64,000 nucleotides of DNA, taken from NCBI GenBank assembly GCA_963743525.1, contig CAVUQH010000004.1, forward strand, positions 160,001 through 224,000. Reading direction: 5' to 3'. Below the pieces are notes generated by a model that worked only from the letters and a program-made list of their open reading frames with translations, searched no databases and was not told the origin of the DNA. This stretch comes from an uncultured delta proteobacterium. GTDB taxonomy: Bacteria > Myxococcota_A > Polyangia > Haliangiales > Haliangiaceae. Of this stretch, positions 27,501-36,931 are shown piece by piece. The translations under genes were made by a program, and so were the position numbers. Numbering within the stretch: the stretch's first letter is position 1; each line of letters begins with the position of its first letter.

Positions 27501-28320
27501 CACCGAGCGCGCGCTGCGCGAGCGCTGCCGCGGTGTCGCATGGGAGGTCATGACCATGCAGTCCCTGGCCGCATTTGCCCGCAGCTGGATGGGTCACTGG
27601 GGCGAGGTCGTGCCCCGTCTGCACCAGCAAGTGCGCGACGCCGAGCAGCGCGGCGACCTGTACGGCGCGGCCACGCTCACCCTGGCGCTGGCCTGGACAG
27701 GCTCGCTGGCCGCCGACGATCCCGACGGCGCCGAGGAGACGATCCACGCCTATCTCGATCGCTGGGGCGAGACCGAGATGCACTATCAGCACTTCTACGA
27801 GACGATGAACCGCTGCCGGGTCTGCCTCTACCGCGGCGAGCCGCGGCGCGGCCTCGACTACCTCGAGCGGCGCTGGTCCGAGCTCCGGCGCGCCGGACAC
27901 TTTCGCGTCTTCGTCACCTGGGTGCTGTCTCTCTTGCTTCGCGCCGAGCTGTCGATCGCCGCCGCCCATCAGGACCGCGCCGAACGCCCCCGCCTGCTCC
28001 GTCGCGCGGAGCGCGATGCGCGACGGCTGCAGCACGTGCCGTTCATCGGCGCCGACCAGGCCGCGCGCCAACTGCGCGGCTGCATCGCCGCCGCGCGCGG
28101 TGACGAGGAAACCGCGGTGCCGCTCCTCCTCGACAGCAGCCGCGCGCTGGGAGCGCTGGGCTGGGAGCTTCATCACGCGCTGGGCAACGGACTGGCCGGC
28201 GAGCTCCTCGGCGGCGACGAGGGCGCGCGGCTGATCACGGCACGCGACGACTTCCTCCGCGCCCAGGGCGCGCGCGACCCGCAGCGGATGCGCCGAGTCC
28301 ACTGTCCCGGCCTACCGTGA
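24571..28320 (+). CDS. Ser/Thr kinase fused to an AAA/STAND ATPase and helical repeat domain
   Basis: 'HRDLKPSN', 'DFG', 'GTPPYMAPE', Walker A 'GPSGIGKS', Walker B 'IDDLQWGD', 'GNPFF'. Confidence 0.93.
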   Translation: MGAGRRPGGVPSGRDFTPGSGRFEIQTLLGSGANGSVYAAFDRARGSTVALKTLDREDPAGLLAFKREFRELAGVRHPHLVTLYELVAAEDQWFFTMEMVRGVDFATHIRPRAATDAPGRTPGPRRADADDPTATLDGDTRDLVGRLAVQGASPLDDAGQARLRPALIQLAEGITALHRAGILHRDLKPSNIMVEDGGRVVILDFGLALPLDGDRRPEHLAGTPPYMAPEQVALEPITEASDWYAFGAILYQTLTGKVPLADLGRSMLLEYKQRNDVQAPSTVVDVPRDLDELCAALLRRDPAARPRGDEVLAALRGATPTQPTARHDRDELPFIGRAQELAQLVDAATGSRPRRPTAAWIVGPSGIGKSRLVAQAVSEISARDADALVLTGRCYEQESLPYKGIDGVVDVLSGVLARLPDDQLRALLPDGVDAVARLFPVLARLSPSLSPPATAAPPDDVELRRRGFACLRELLRRLAATRTVVMTIDDLQWGDRDSGALLLELLRPPDAPGLLLIATLRDDGDSSLLSWLRPRIEALTGVDVTELRLAPLDDGDARALARQLLGDDERAERIAAEAQGNPFFVRELALHQAGGTAGRPSLATVIFDRFAALTPPAQRLVEAIALGGPVPLQVAFAAAGVGESGAAALAELRAARLVRQRQTTGDQLIEAYHDRIRTGVESILDEDERADRHRRLAEALETLAVNDPERLARHYLGAGDDQRAAGHVLRAARRASDALAFERAAELYHVALAVGSWSTAETSALEADRGAALASAGHGPTAADAFLAAAAGTGDERALELRQRAAEQLLLSGRIDRGLDVFQSVLGHFGDRLPRTRRGAMFRLVREVARLRLRGLRHREREAGDLPADTLRRIDLYWAVGHGLAGVSPVTSLDFVTRAARLALDAGEPARVAATVALQTCLISSVSRRDVDGPLTFAAAAAERSGNTYARIIAEGVRGPVAYFRGDFPATVAICDRTERALRERCRGVAWEVMTMQSLAAFARSWMGHWGEVVPRLHQQVRDAEQRGDLYGAATLTLALAWTGSLAADDPDGAEETIHAYLDRWGETEMHYQHFYETMNRCRVCLYRGEPRRGLDYLERRWSELRRAGHFRVFVTWVLSLLLRAELSIAAAHQDRAERPRLLRRAERDARRLQHVPFIGADQAARQLRGCIAAARGDEETAVPLLLDSSRALGALGWELHHALGNGLAGELLGGDEGARLITARDDFLRAQGARDPQRMRRVHCPGLP

Positions 28321-28348
28321 GCCGCTCGCGGCTCCGTGCGCGCCCGCG

Positions 28349-30130
28349 TCAGTAGGCATCGATCTGGATGACGCCGACGTTGGCCGTGCCGCCCTCGGGC
28401 ACGCTGACGTCAACCTCGGTTCGGTGCTCGCCGACGTTGATCTGCAGGGTGTACTGCCGCGGCGACAACCCGTCGAGGAGGAAGCGACCATCCTCGCTCT
28501 GGAAGCGCCGGGGCGCGCCGCTGTCGTCGACCGAAACCTCGAACTCGGACGGAACGCTGCCGTCGCTCAGCTTCACCTGACCGGCGATGCCGCCGTCGCC
28601 CGGCAACACCAGGGTCACCTGCTCGCCGGTGTTGGCGGTGGTGCCGACGCTGCGCATCCACGGGCTCTGGTTGTTGTTGGCGTACGGGCGCCGGGCGGTG
28701 AGCCCGTATTCGCCCGGGGCCAGGCCGGTGCAGGCGAAGCGCCCGGCCTCGTCGGTGGTCTCGGGCGTCACCGGGCGCAGGCCAATGGCGCCGATCTTGT
28801 GGCCGACGCAGACCACCTCGGCGTCGGCAATCGGCGCGCCGTCAGCGTCGGTCACGGTTCCCTCGATGACGCCGTCGAGCTCGAGCCGGATCTCGGCGTC
28901 GAGGTTCTGCGGCTTGCCCGCCAGGTCGAAGGCGACGTTGGTGCTGGAGGCGTCCAGGCTGCTGGCAACCAGCTCGACGGGAACCTCGGGCAGGCCGTCG
29001 ATGCGGAAGCGCCCGGCCTCGTCGGCGCGGGTCGTGCGCAGCCCGGCGTTCTTCACCGACGGATCGTCGGCGTTGACGCGCACCGTGGCGAACGGCTCGG
29101 GTCCACCGTCGGCGTCGACCACGCGACCCGCAATGGTCGCCCCGCGGTTGACGACGATGCGGACGCCGCTGTGCGGATGGACGCCGTCAACGTTGATCAC
29201 CTTCGACTGTCCGGGCAGATACGACGGATGGGTGGCGCGGAGCACGAACTCGCCCTCTTCCAGCGCCGGCAAGGTGAACTCGCCGTGCTCGTCGGTGAGG
29301 GTCACGTGTTTGGTCACGCGCGGCCGCGGCGAGTAGACCGAGATCAGCGACGCCGGCTGGGGAATGACCGCGGCGCCCTTCACCGGCGTGCCGTCCTCGG
29401 CGATGACCACGCCACGCACCGGCGCGCCACGGAGGAGCTTCATGGTCACCCGCCAGGTCAGCCCGGCCTGTGGCGGCATCGCCTGCTGCACGTAGGCATA
29501 GCCGGGCGCCGAAGCGACGATGCCGTAGCTGGCCGGGGTCAACGCGGCCAGCTCGACCACACCGTGCTCGTCGGTCACGCCCTCGCGCAGTGGCTCGTCA
29601 CCCAGTCCCGGGTCGGGGAGCACGTAGACCTGGGCGCCGGGAATCGGATCGTCGCCGTCGAGCGTGACCACCGAAACCTCGAGGGTCGCCGCGGCGAACA
29701 TGCGCAGGATCACCGGCGGGGTGTCGAGACGCAGGTGCACCTGCTTGGGCGCCGACGCCTTGCCCGCGGCGCTGGCGCTGGCGAAGTAGTCGCCGGCGGC
29801 CAGGTCGTCGAAGGTGAAGCGGCCGTCGTCGGCGCTGGTGGCCGAGCGCTCCTCGACCCCGCTCAGGCGAACTGCGGCGCCGGCAATCGCGCCTCCCGCG
29901 GTATCGACCACCCGACCGCGCAAAGACAGTCGCGCCTGCCGGCTGCGGAAGCGCAGCGGCAGGCGACCGTGGGTCCGCGCAGCGATCGGGTCGGTCGCGC
30001 TGCCGGGCCCCGGCCTGACCGCGCCACCGCCGTCGGTTCCGCCGCGTCCGTGCGACCAGAACAGATAGAGCAGCAGCGCGACCACACCGGCGGCCACCAC
30101 CGCGACCGCCGTGCGACGGCGTGACGTCAT
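28349..30130 (-). CDS. Membrane-anchored protein with tandem carboxypeptidase-regulatory-like (Ig-like) domains
   Basis: N-terminal TM; repeated 'GRVVD..G.PI.GA.V...TDE.G.F....L..G.Y' units. Confidence 0.88.
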   Translation of the reverse strand: MTSRRRTAVAVVAAGVVALLLYLFWSHGRGGTDGGGAVRPGPGSATDPIAARTHGRLPLRFRSRQARLSLRGRVVDTAGGAIAGAAVRLSGVEERSATSADDGRFTFDDLAAGDYFASASAAGKASAPKQVHLRLDTPPVILRMFAAATLEVSVVTLDGDDPIPGAQVYVLPDPGLGDEPLREGVTDEHGVVELAALTPASYGIVASAPGYAYVQQAMPPQAGLTWRVTMKLLRGAPVRGVVIAEDGTPVKGAAVIPQPASLISVYSPRPRVTKHVTLTDEHGEFTLPALEEGEFVLRATHPSYLPGQSKVINVDGVHPHSGVRIVVNRGATIAGRVVDADGGPEPFATVRVNADDPSVKNAGLRTTRADEAGRFRIDGLPEVPVELVASSLDASSTNVAFDLAGKPQNLDAEIRLELDGVIEGTVTDADGAPIADAEVVCVGHKIGAIGLRPVTPETTDEAGRFACTGLAPGEYGLTARRPYANNNQSPWMRSVGTTANTGEQVTLVLPGDGGIAGQVKLSDGSVPSEFEVSVDDSGAPRRFQSEDGRFLLDGLSPRQYTLQINVGEHRTEVDVSVPEGGTANVGVIQIDAY

Positions 30131-30152
30131 CGCCCCGAGAATAGCGCGTCAG

Positions 30153-30905
30153 CTAGAACCAATCGAAGATCGACGACACGATGTCGGCGACCGCCTTGAC
30201 CAGCTGCTTGACGCCGGCCTCGACGTACGAGATCGCCGCGTCGACGAAGCCGCCGAGGCAGGCCAGGTGGCCGTGCTGTGCCACGCACTGGTCGTGCTCG
30301 TAGCACTCGGGGGTCCACGCTTCCCACGGCATCCAGCTGCAGCCGAGGCCGCAGCGGCCGAAGCACTCGTTGCTGCCCGAGCCGCTGCTCAGCGTCGCCT
30401 TGTGATAGAAGTGGTTTCCGTCGGTGCGGGCGTAGCCGAGGATGTACTCGGTGACGTACTGCGTGCCCTCGCAGTTGGGATCGAACGAGTTGAAGTGCTC
30501 ACCGCTGGACTGCCGGCAGCGGTACAGCGGCGCGTGCCCCAATCGCGGCGACGTCAGCAGGTAGCCCAGGCGTCCCTCGTTGATGCCGGCGCCCTCGCAG
30601 TTGGAGCTGGTGGTGGTCATGTGGTCCCAGCCCCAGATGTAGCAGCGGTAGATCGGCCGCGCGTTGGCCGGCGTGCCACCGTTGCCGCCGTACGGTTGGC
30701 TGTAGAACAGGGTCGAGCTCTCGGCGTAGTAGCCCTTGGAGCTGGCCTCGTACTGATTGGTCGAGCTCATGTGGTCGTACTTGCCGCCCGGGTGGTAGAG
30801 GCGGTAGATGCGGACCGTCTCGACGCCGCCGGCGAGGGCGTCCCCCACACCAGGGCCCATCAGGAAGGCGGCGGCAGCGAGGAAACCGAGCAGCGTTCTG
30901 CGCAT
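30153..30905 (-). CDS. Secreted Cys-rich protein: three 'P.YR.Y..DH' repeats (DUF5648-like) and a C-terminal CxGRCGxGC...CxxHDxC domain
   Basis: Signal peptide; 'IYRLY..DH', 'IYRCY..DH', 'LYRC..EH'; 'CFGRCGLGC', 'CYEHDQC'. Confidence 0.8.
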   Translation of the reverse strand: MRRTLLGFLAAAAFLMGPGVGDALAGGVETVRIYRLYHPGGKYDHMSSTNQYEASSKGYYAESSTLFYSQPYGGNGGTPANARPIYRCYIWGWDHMTTTSSNCEGAGINEGRLGYLLTSPRLGHAPLYRCRQSSGEHFNSFDPNCEGTQYVTEYILGYARTDGNHFYHKATLSSGSGSNECFGRCGLGCSWMPWEAWTPECYEHDQCVAQHGHLACLGGFVDAAISYVEAGVKQLVKAVADIVSSIFDWF

Positions 30906-30919
30906 GACGTATGCCAAAT

Positions 30920-30935
30920 TGCAAAGTTTGGTCCA
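30920..30935 (-). promoter_or_regulatory. sigma54 promoter candidate
   Basis: Minus strand TGGACCAAACTTTGCA (GG-N10-GC), followed upstream by an AT-rich tract with GTTCA/TGAAC repeats. Confidence 0.55.
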
Positions 30936-31110
30936 CGAGTAAGCAGCAGCCAACTCATTGAAATAGCGGCGCGGTGGCTTGCGAAAGACCGTTCAACTGT
31001 TCATCGATTGAACTGCCGTTGTTCAAATCTTGGGAGCTCTGAACAGTCGCTCGCTCCCCGGGGGAGAGTCCGGCGGTGTGGGTGCCGCGTGATAGCCCTG
31101 GGGCCACGGG

Positions 31111-33324
31111 ATGGGATTCTCCGGCCATCGCATCGGCCCGGCATCGGCCCGGCTGGCGGCGCTTTGCGGCGTGCTGCTCGGCGCCGTCGGCGCCCCGCGC
31201 GCGGCCGAGCCTGCGCCTGACGCGACCATCGCGGTGTCGCTGCGCGCCGATGGAGTTCCCGCCTGGCAGGCGCGCGCGGTCGAGCACGCCCTGGCGCTGG
31301 ATCTCGTCGGCGGCCGCCTCGGCGCACCGACCGAGCCGGTGCCGCCGCCGGCGTGCGCGGCCGCTGATCTCGAGTGCGCCATCGCCGGCTACCGCGCCGC
31401 CGGCGTCGACCTGGCGGTGACCGGCTCGCTGGCGCCGGGGCGACTTCGCTATCGCATCCTCATGACCTGGCCGACGGCGTCGCCGCCGGTCGTGCGCGGG
31501 GCGACGTCGACCATCGGCGTCGGCCGCGCCGGGCTGACCGCGGCGATGCACGAAGCGCTGCGGCCGATCCTTCGCCCCGGCGGACCACTCGATCACATGA
31601 CGTCGGCGCCGGCCGGCGAGGTGCCGGCGTCCCTGCCGGTGCCGGGTGCGCGCGGCACCGCCGCCGCAGTCGCGTTGCTGGCGCTGGCGCTGGCGCTGTT
31701 GGCGCTGCTCGTGCCGGGGGCGCGCGCCGCCGGACTGGCGCGATTGCGCGCACTGAGGCCGACGCTGGCCGCCGCCACCGGCCTCGTCGCAGCCGCGATC
31801 GCGTTGATCGCCGCGGCGCCCTGGCTCGCCGGGTCGGCGTGGTCGGTCTATGTCGCCGGCGGCCTGGCGTGGGGCTGGTTCGCGGCCGTCACCCTGCCCC
31901 ACCTGTTCCCGCTGCTGGGCGGCCTCGAGCGCGTGGAGCACGGCGACCTGTTTCGCCTGCTGCGCGCGTGGGCGGTGCTGTCGCTGCAACGCATCGGCGA
32001 GCTGGCGCTGTTCTACGCCCCGTTCGCGCTGCTGCTGTGGGCCGCATGCGCGGCCCTCGACGTACCGGCGGCGATCGCGGTCGGCGTGGTCGCACCGCTG
32101 TGGGGATTGGTCATCCGCCTGGCGGTGCGCGTGCTGGTCGAGGCGGCCGCGTTGCGTCTCGACGGCCAGCTGGTGATCGGCGAGGCGACGGCCGACGATC
32201 CGTGGCACGTAGCCGTGCGCGCCTACGTGCTCGGCTACGTCAAGCGCGCCGGTTGGCCGGCCGACGACGATCTTCTCGACGACGTGCTGTTCCTGCCCGG
32301 CGAGGGCGACGACATCATTCTCTACGGTGGCGGGCTCGCCGCCGCGCGTATCGTCATCGGCCGGCCACTGCTCGAGCGCGCGCTGGCGCCGCAGGGCCGC
32401 CCCCACGACTACGCCGCGCCGCGGGTGTCCAAGCTGCACTGGACCGAGTGGAACGCCGGGCTGGTGGTCCCGCTCGAGGTCGCCGCCAAGATCGCCACGC
32501 GCGAAGACCGGCAACCGCGCGAAGGCGCGCTCGACGAAGGCGAGAGCGAGCACGTGGTGCTGGGCGAGCCGCGCACGCTGGCCGGCATCATCGAGCCGCG
32601 TCCGCTGGATCCGCGCGATCACCACCGCCCGTGGGAAGACCCGGCGTGGCTCGATTACGACGCCGGCGAGGAATACGACGGCACCGACGCCAGCGACAAG
32701 GACTTCCTGTTCGGCGCCATCGTCCGCGAGCTGGGTCGCATCCAGCGCCACGAAGATCGCGCGGCGACGCTGGGCCTGGTGGCGCGGCGCTGGCTGGCGC
32801 GCCGGCCGGCGCTGGCGCGGGCATGGGAGCGGATCGCCGGACCGCTGCGCGCCGCCTTCAGTCGCTATCCGGCCGTGATCGGCGACGCCTTCGCCGCGCT
32901 CAACTTTGCCCGCCATCATTTGATCCAGAACTTGGCGCGGCTCGCCTGGCACCGGGAAGAGCTGCTCACCGCCCGCGCCTACGCGCCCGAGCTCGAGCGC
33001 CGCACCGGCGAGATCCTGGCCGGCCTCGACGCCGACCAGACGCGCGAGCCGCGCACCGCCGGCGCCACGCCGCGCCGCCGCCTGACGTGGATGGGCGCCC
33101 AGTCCCATCGCCCGGTGAGCGACGCGCGATCGCTGCGTCGCCGCCGCATCGCCGTGGCCGGCGTCGTCGCCACCGCGCTGGGCGCGCTGATCGCCGGCGT
33201 CATACACGCAGTCGTCTACCACCCTACCTACGTCGAGCGCATGGCCGCGGAGCGCCAGCAGCTGGATCAGTCGAGCGCCCCGGCGCCCCCTACCCGAGGA
33301 CCTTCCGATGACCAAGGAAAGTAA
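31111..33324 (+). CDS. Polytopic membrane protein with a degenerate M48 (HtpX/Ste24)-like domain
   Basis: Signal-like N-terminus, several TMs, 'FLFGAIVRELGRI' where HExxH would lie, 'GDAFAA', 'PELERR'. Confidence 0.7.
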   Translation: MGFSGHRIGPASARLAALCGVLLGAVGAPRAAEPAPDATIAVSLRADGVPAWQARAVEHALALDLVGGRLGAPTEPVPPPACAAADLECAIAGYRAAGVDLAVTGSLAPGRLRYRILMTWPTASPPVVRGATSTIGVGRAGLTAAMHEALRPILRPGGPLDHMTSAPAGEVPASLPVPGARGTAAAVALLALALALLALLVPGARAAGLARLRALRPTLAAATGLVAAAIALIAAAPWLAGSAWSVYVAGGLAWGWFAAVTLPHLFPLLGGLERVEHGDLFRLLRAWAVLSLQRIGELALFYAPFALLLWAACAALDVPAAIAVGVVAPLWGLVIRLAVRVLVEAAALRLDGQLVIGEATADDPWHVAVRAYVLGYVKRAGWPADDDLLDDVLFLPGEGDDIILYGGGLAAARIVIGRPLLERALAPQGRPHDYAAPRVSKLHWTEWNAGLVVPLEVAAKIATREDRQPREGALDEGESEHVVLGEPRTLAGIIEPRPLDPRDHHRPWEDPAWLDYDAGEEYDGTDASDKDFLFGAIVRELGRIQRHEDRAATLGLVARRWLARRPALARAWERIAGPLRAAFSRYPAVIGDAFAALNFARHHLIQNLARLAWHREELLTARAYAPELERRTGEILAGLDADQTREPRTAGATPRRRLTWMGAQSHRPVSDARSLRRRRIAVAGVVATALGALIAGVIHAVVYHPTYVERMAAERQQLDQSSAPAPPTRGPSDDQGK

Positions 33325-34114
33325 GAGAGCGAGCTCGGCCGGCGCGCCCAAGCAAGCGCTGGCGATCAGCGAGGCGGCGGCCGGCGCCGGCGTGCTGGGC
33401 CTGCTGGGCTTCGCTGCCATCTTCGCGGTGGCGATGGTCTTCTTCGTCACCGAGAGCTACTTCCTGGCGATGACGCTGATCTCGCTGGCGCTGCTGGTCT
33501 ATGTCGCCGGATCGGAGTTCGGCAAGCTCTTGGTGTCGTCGCTGACGATCTTCTTCAGCAGCCGTCACCTGATCCGCAACGCCGTCTACTTGCAGGACAC
33601 GCTGGTCGAGCTGCGCAAGTTCCTCCACCTCAAGAAGGACGAGACCGGCTGGGTCAAGGTCGGGCCGATCGAGCCGGGCGCCAAGGCCAAGCTGCCGGAC
33701 AACCCGCTGGTGCGCGACATCCAGGCGGTGCTCAAGCGCGAGAAAGGCACCGAGTACGCCCAGTACCTGGCCCACCAGTACTACGTCGATTGCCGCGAGC
33801 TGTACGACCACTTCCACGCCCACCTCGAGTTCGTCGCCGGGGCGATGCCGCTGTTCGGTCTGATCGGCACCATCGTCGGCCTCATCGGAATGTTCGACTC
33901 GCTGGGCGCCAACACTTCGGTCGAGACGCTGTCGCCGCAGCTGGCGCTGGCGCTCAAGACCACGCTGTACGGCGCCATCCTCGCCTCGGTCTACACCATC
34001 ATCGCCTCGCGCTTCGACCAGCGGATCAAGGCGCTGGAGTACGACTACGAGATCCTCAGCCACGCGCTGGAAGTGCTGGTCGAGAACAAGGCGACCATCG
34101 AGGTCCAGGCGTGA
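33308..34114 (+). CDS. MotA/TolQ/ExbB proton channel family protein
   Basis: 'AMPLFGLIGTIVGLIGMF', 'LALALKTTLYGAI'. Confidence 0.92.
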   Translation: MTKESKRASSAGAPKQALAISEAAAGAGVLGLLGFAAIFAVAMVFFVTESYFLAMTLISLALLVYVAGSEFGKLLVSSLTIFFSSRHLIRNAVYLQDTLVELRKFLHLKKDETGWVKVGPIEPGAKAKLPDNPLVRDIQAVLKREKGTEYAQYLAHQYYVDCRELYDHFHAHLEFVAGAMPLFGLIGTIVGLIGMFDSLGANTSVETLSPQLALALKTTLYGAILASVYTIIASRFDQRIKALEYDYEILSHALEVLVENKATIEVQA

Positions 34115-34734
34115 GGCAGTTCCGCAAGTCGCCGCCGCGCAAGGCGGGCGCGTTCTGGCAGATCATCTACATGGATCTGATGACCACGATGATGGTCTTC
34201 TTCGTCATCCTGTGGTCGGTCGAGCGACGCCAGGCCGACGCGTCGAAGTCCGACAACACCGGCATCAGCAACACCTTCGGCAACGAGACCGTGCGCATGG
34301 TCAACCTGCCGGGCGACATTCTGTTCGGCTCGGGCAAGACCGAGCTGGGCGACGAAGGCCGGGCGGTGTTCGAGCGCCTGTTCGGCGACGACCCGGGCGC
34401 GGTGCTCAGCTTCGACCAGGGCGGCCTGGCCCAGCGCAAGCTGGTCATCCACGGCCACACCGACGACGTCGGCGACAAGGACGAGAACTTCATGCTCGGC
34501 TACCAGCGCGCGTTCGCCGTATATAAGGAGATACGCAAGTACGGCGGCGAGGTGCCCGACCACGTGGTCATCTGCACCCACGCCGACAACACGCCCGCGG
34601 TGCCGGTGCCGGTGGCGACCGGGCCGCTGACCGACGAGCAGAAGGAGGCGATCCGCCGGGCGCGGGCCAAGAACCGGCGCATCACCCTGGAGGATCAGAT
34701 CATCAGCAACGACGCGGAGGCCGGCGGCGAGTGA
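34111..34734 (+). CDS. MotB-like protein with an OmpA-type peptidoglycan-binding domain
   Basis: 'WQIIYMDLMTTMMVFFVILW' (conserved Asp), 'ILFGSG', 'IHGHTDD', 'N..L...RA', 'AKNRRI'. GTGA overlap. Confidence 0.92.
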   Translation: MRQFRKSPPRKAGAFWQIIYMDLMTTMMVFFVILWSVERRQADASKSDNTGISNTFGNETVRMVNLPGDILFGSGKTELGDEGRAVFERLFGDDPGAVLSFDQGGLAQRKLVIHGHTDDVGDKDENFMLGYQRAFAVYKEIRKYGGEVPDHVVICTHADNTPAVPVPVATGPLTDEQKEAIRRARAKNRRITLEDQIISNDAEAGGE

Positions 34735-36344
34735 GGCCGATCGGCGCCAAGAGCCTGGCCGCGCTGGGCGTGGCCGGAGCGGCGGCCGGCCTGGCCGGCG
34801 CGCGCGGATTGCTGTCGGCCTCCTACCTGACCCGGCTGAGCGGCGCGTCCTGTTTCTTCGTCGGGCTGTTTGCCGCGGTGGCGGCGGCGCTGGTGGCGCG
34901 GGGCTGGCGCCCGGACCGGCCCAGCCGCGCGTCGGTGGCGATCCGCGGCGGCCGGCCGGTGATCGAATCCGCGACGGCGCCGCGCGAGCTGCCGCCAGTG
35001 CTGCAGCGGGCGCTGTTGTCGCTGGTGTTCGCCTGCATCGGCCTGGGCGCGTTCACCAACCAGGCCAGCGCCAGGCTGACCGCCCTGCCCGACACCCTGG
35101 GCACGCCGTCGAAGTCCGAGTACTGCATCGACGAGGCGCCGGAGGAGCAGGCCAGGCCCGCGGCGCCCGCGCCCGCGCCGGAGGTGCAGGGCTGCGCCCT
35201 GATCAAGCGCGCGTACGAGCTGGGCTACGCCAAGAGCCTGGGCGCGTGTGCCCCCAAGAAGGCAAAAGCGGCGGCCGCGCCGGAGAAGAAGCAGGCGCGC
35301 GCGCCGTGTGAGCTGCGCCAGCTCGACGAGCCGTTCCTGCACTACACCTGGCGCCTCTTGGCGCGGCGCGGCGACCAGCTGTCGGGGGTGGCGCCGGTCG
35401 ACTTCGTCCGCGGCGGCGTGCGCGACTTCCGCACCAAGCTGGGCTACGCGGACAGCCTGGTGGCGGCACAGGCGCAGGCGGTGGAAGCCACGGCCCACGC
35501 CTCGCACCACCTGTTCACCAATCTGCCGGCGCCGCACACGCAGTCGTGGATCGAGTCGCTGTTTTCGCCCGACGACTGCGCCGCGCGCTGGGCTGCGCTG
35601 CCGATCTGGCCGCAGGTCAGCGGCGATCACGCGCCGAGCCGACTGCTCGAGGACGTCTTCGGCCAGCTGTTGTTCGCCCACGACTTCGGCCCGACGCCGG
35701 GCAACTGCAACGAGCAGATCATTCACTGGGACATGCCCGCCGACGCCTGTGCGCAGCTGAGCAAAGACCCGACCGGCTTCCTCGCCGCCCACGGCGCCCT
35801 GGGCCCGGTCGAGGAGGTGCTGGCGCGGCGACAGAGCAAGCTGGAGATCCGCCGCATGGCCTCGGCGCTGAAGCGACCTGCGCCGGGCAACCCACCACCG
35901 CCGGCCGATCGCGTGGTCAGCCTGCAATGCTTCGTCGTCGATCCCGCCGGCGACGGCAAGGTGACGTCAACCGACGTCGTCATCGACGGCCAGACCATTC
36001 CCGTACGCGCGCTGCGGGCGCCCGAGCCGGTGCCCACTGGCGCCGGTCCGCTGGACGTCTACCAGCAGCTGGCGGCGCTCCTGGCCGGCGGCGGCTACAG
36101 CGGACCGACCGGTGAGACCGCGATCGAGAAGATCGGCCGCGAGCCGCCGCAGCCGGGATCACTGTCGCAGCCCGGCTTCCGTCTGGCCCGCATCGACGCG
36201 CTGGTCGGCGCCGACCCGTTCCTCGGCATCCGCTGGCCGCTCGACCGCCCCGACGTGGTCGAGGTCTATCCGTTCCGCGCCCACCTCGACGAGTTCGTCG
36301 CCGCCTTCCGCAGCCGCTACTACGCCCAGCGAGGTCGACTGTGA
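34731..36344 (+). CDS. Membrane-anchored Cys-rich hypothetical protein
   Basis: Three N-terminal hydrophobic segments, several Cys in the soluble part, GTGA overlaps at both ends. Confidence 0.8.
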   Translation: MRPIGAKSLAALGVAGAAAGLAGARGLLSASYLTRLSGASCFFVGLFAAVAAALVARGWRPDRPSRASVAIRGGRPVIESATAPRELPPVLQRALLSLVFACIGLGAFTNQASARLTALPDTLGTPSKSEYCIDEAPEEQARPAAPAPAPEVQGCALIKRAYELGYAKSLGACAPKKAKAAAAPEKKQARAPCELRQLDEPFLHYTWRLLARRGDQLSGVAPVDFVRGGVRDFRTKLGYADSLVAAQAQAVEATAHASHHLFTNLPAPHTQSWIESLFSPDDCAARWAALPIWPQVSGDHAPSRLLEDVFGQLLFAHDFGPTPGNCNEQIIHWDMPADACAQLSKDPTGFLAAHGALGPVEEVLARRQSKLEIRRMASALKRPAPGNPPPPADRVVSLQCFVVDPAGDGKVTSTDVVIDGQTIPVRALRAPEPVPTGAGPLDVYQQLAALLAGGGYSGPTGETAIEKIGREPPQPGSLSQPGFRLARIDALVGADPFLGIRWPLDRPDVVEVYPFRAHLDEFVAAFRSRYYAQRGRL

Positions 36345-36931
36345 GGCGCGCGCTGCTGATCGTCCTTTTGGCCGCGGCGGCACCGCGTCCGGCGACCGCG
36401 GGCGATGCTGTCTACGCGCGCGACGCCCGCCGCGCGTACATCGCCCAGACGCTGACCGACCTCCGCGCCATGACCGCCGAGGCGCGCGGCAGCCTCGAAC
36501 AGGCGCTCTACCTCGGCTCGCGCAAGAGCTGCCGCGCAGCTCAGGGCGACGCCCCGCTCGCCTGTCTGGTGCAGATGGCCGACACCGTCTGCGCCGCCCG
36601 CCCGGCCGCCGAGCAGGCCGCCTGCCGGCGGGTCGCCGACATCGTGGTCACCAACCAGCGCTCCGAGACCGAGCTGGTCAACGAGCAGACGCGGATCCAC
36701 CTGATGAACAGCAGCGCCAACTACCGCGCCGCCATGCACAAGACCCTGCGCCGGCGCTACGCCGAGCTGGCCGCCGAGCTGGTGCTCCAGCGCGGTGCCG
36801 CCGGTGACGACCGGTCGCTGGCCGCCGACATCGACGCGTTCTGTGCCGACCGGCGGCAGCCGCTGGCGTGGCAGCGCTGCGTCGCCGCGCTGGTGTGGTA
36901 CGCCGGCACCGACCCGGGAGACCAGCCGTGA
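36341..36931 (+). CDS. Secreted helical protein with six Cys
   Basis: Signal peptide; C-terminal 'FC......WQRCVAALVWY'. GTGA overlaps. Confidence 0.8.
   Translation: MRRALLIVLLAAAAPRPATAGDAVYARDARRAYIAQTLTDLRAMTAEARGSLEQALYLGSRKSCRAAQGDAPLACLVQMADTVCAARPAAEQAACRRVADIVVTNQRSETELVNEQTRIHLMNSSANYRAAMHKTLRRRYAELAAELVLQRGAAGDDRSLAADIDAFCADRRQPLAWQRCVAALVWYAGTDPGDQP

Noticed and set aside
33308..34734. Canonical Zorya defence system or flagellar stator
   Set aside because: The A subunit lacks the long ZorA tail, and no helicase, nuclease or flagellar genes are adjacent.
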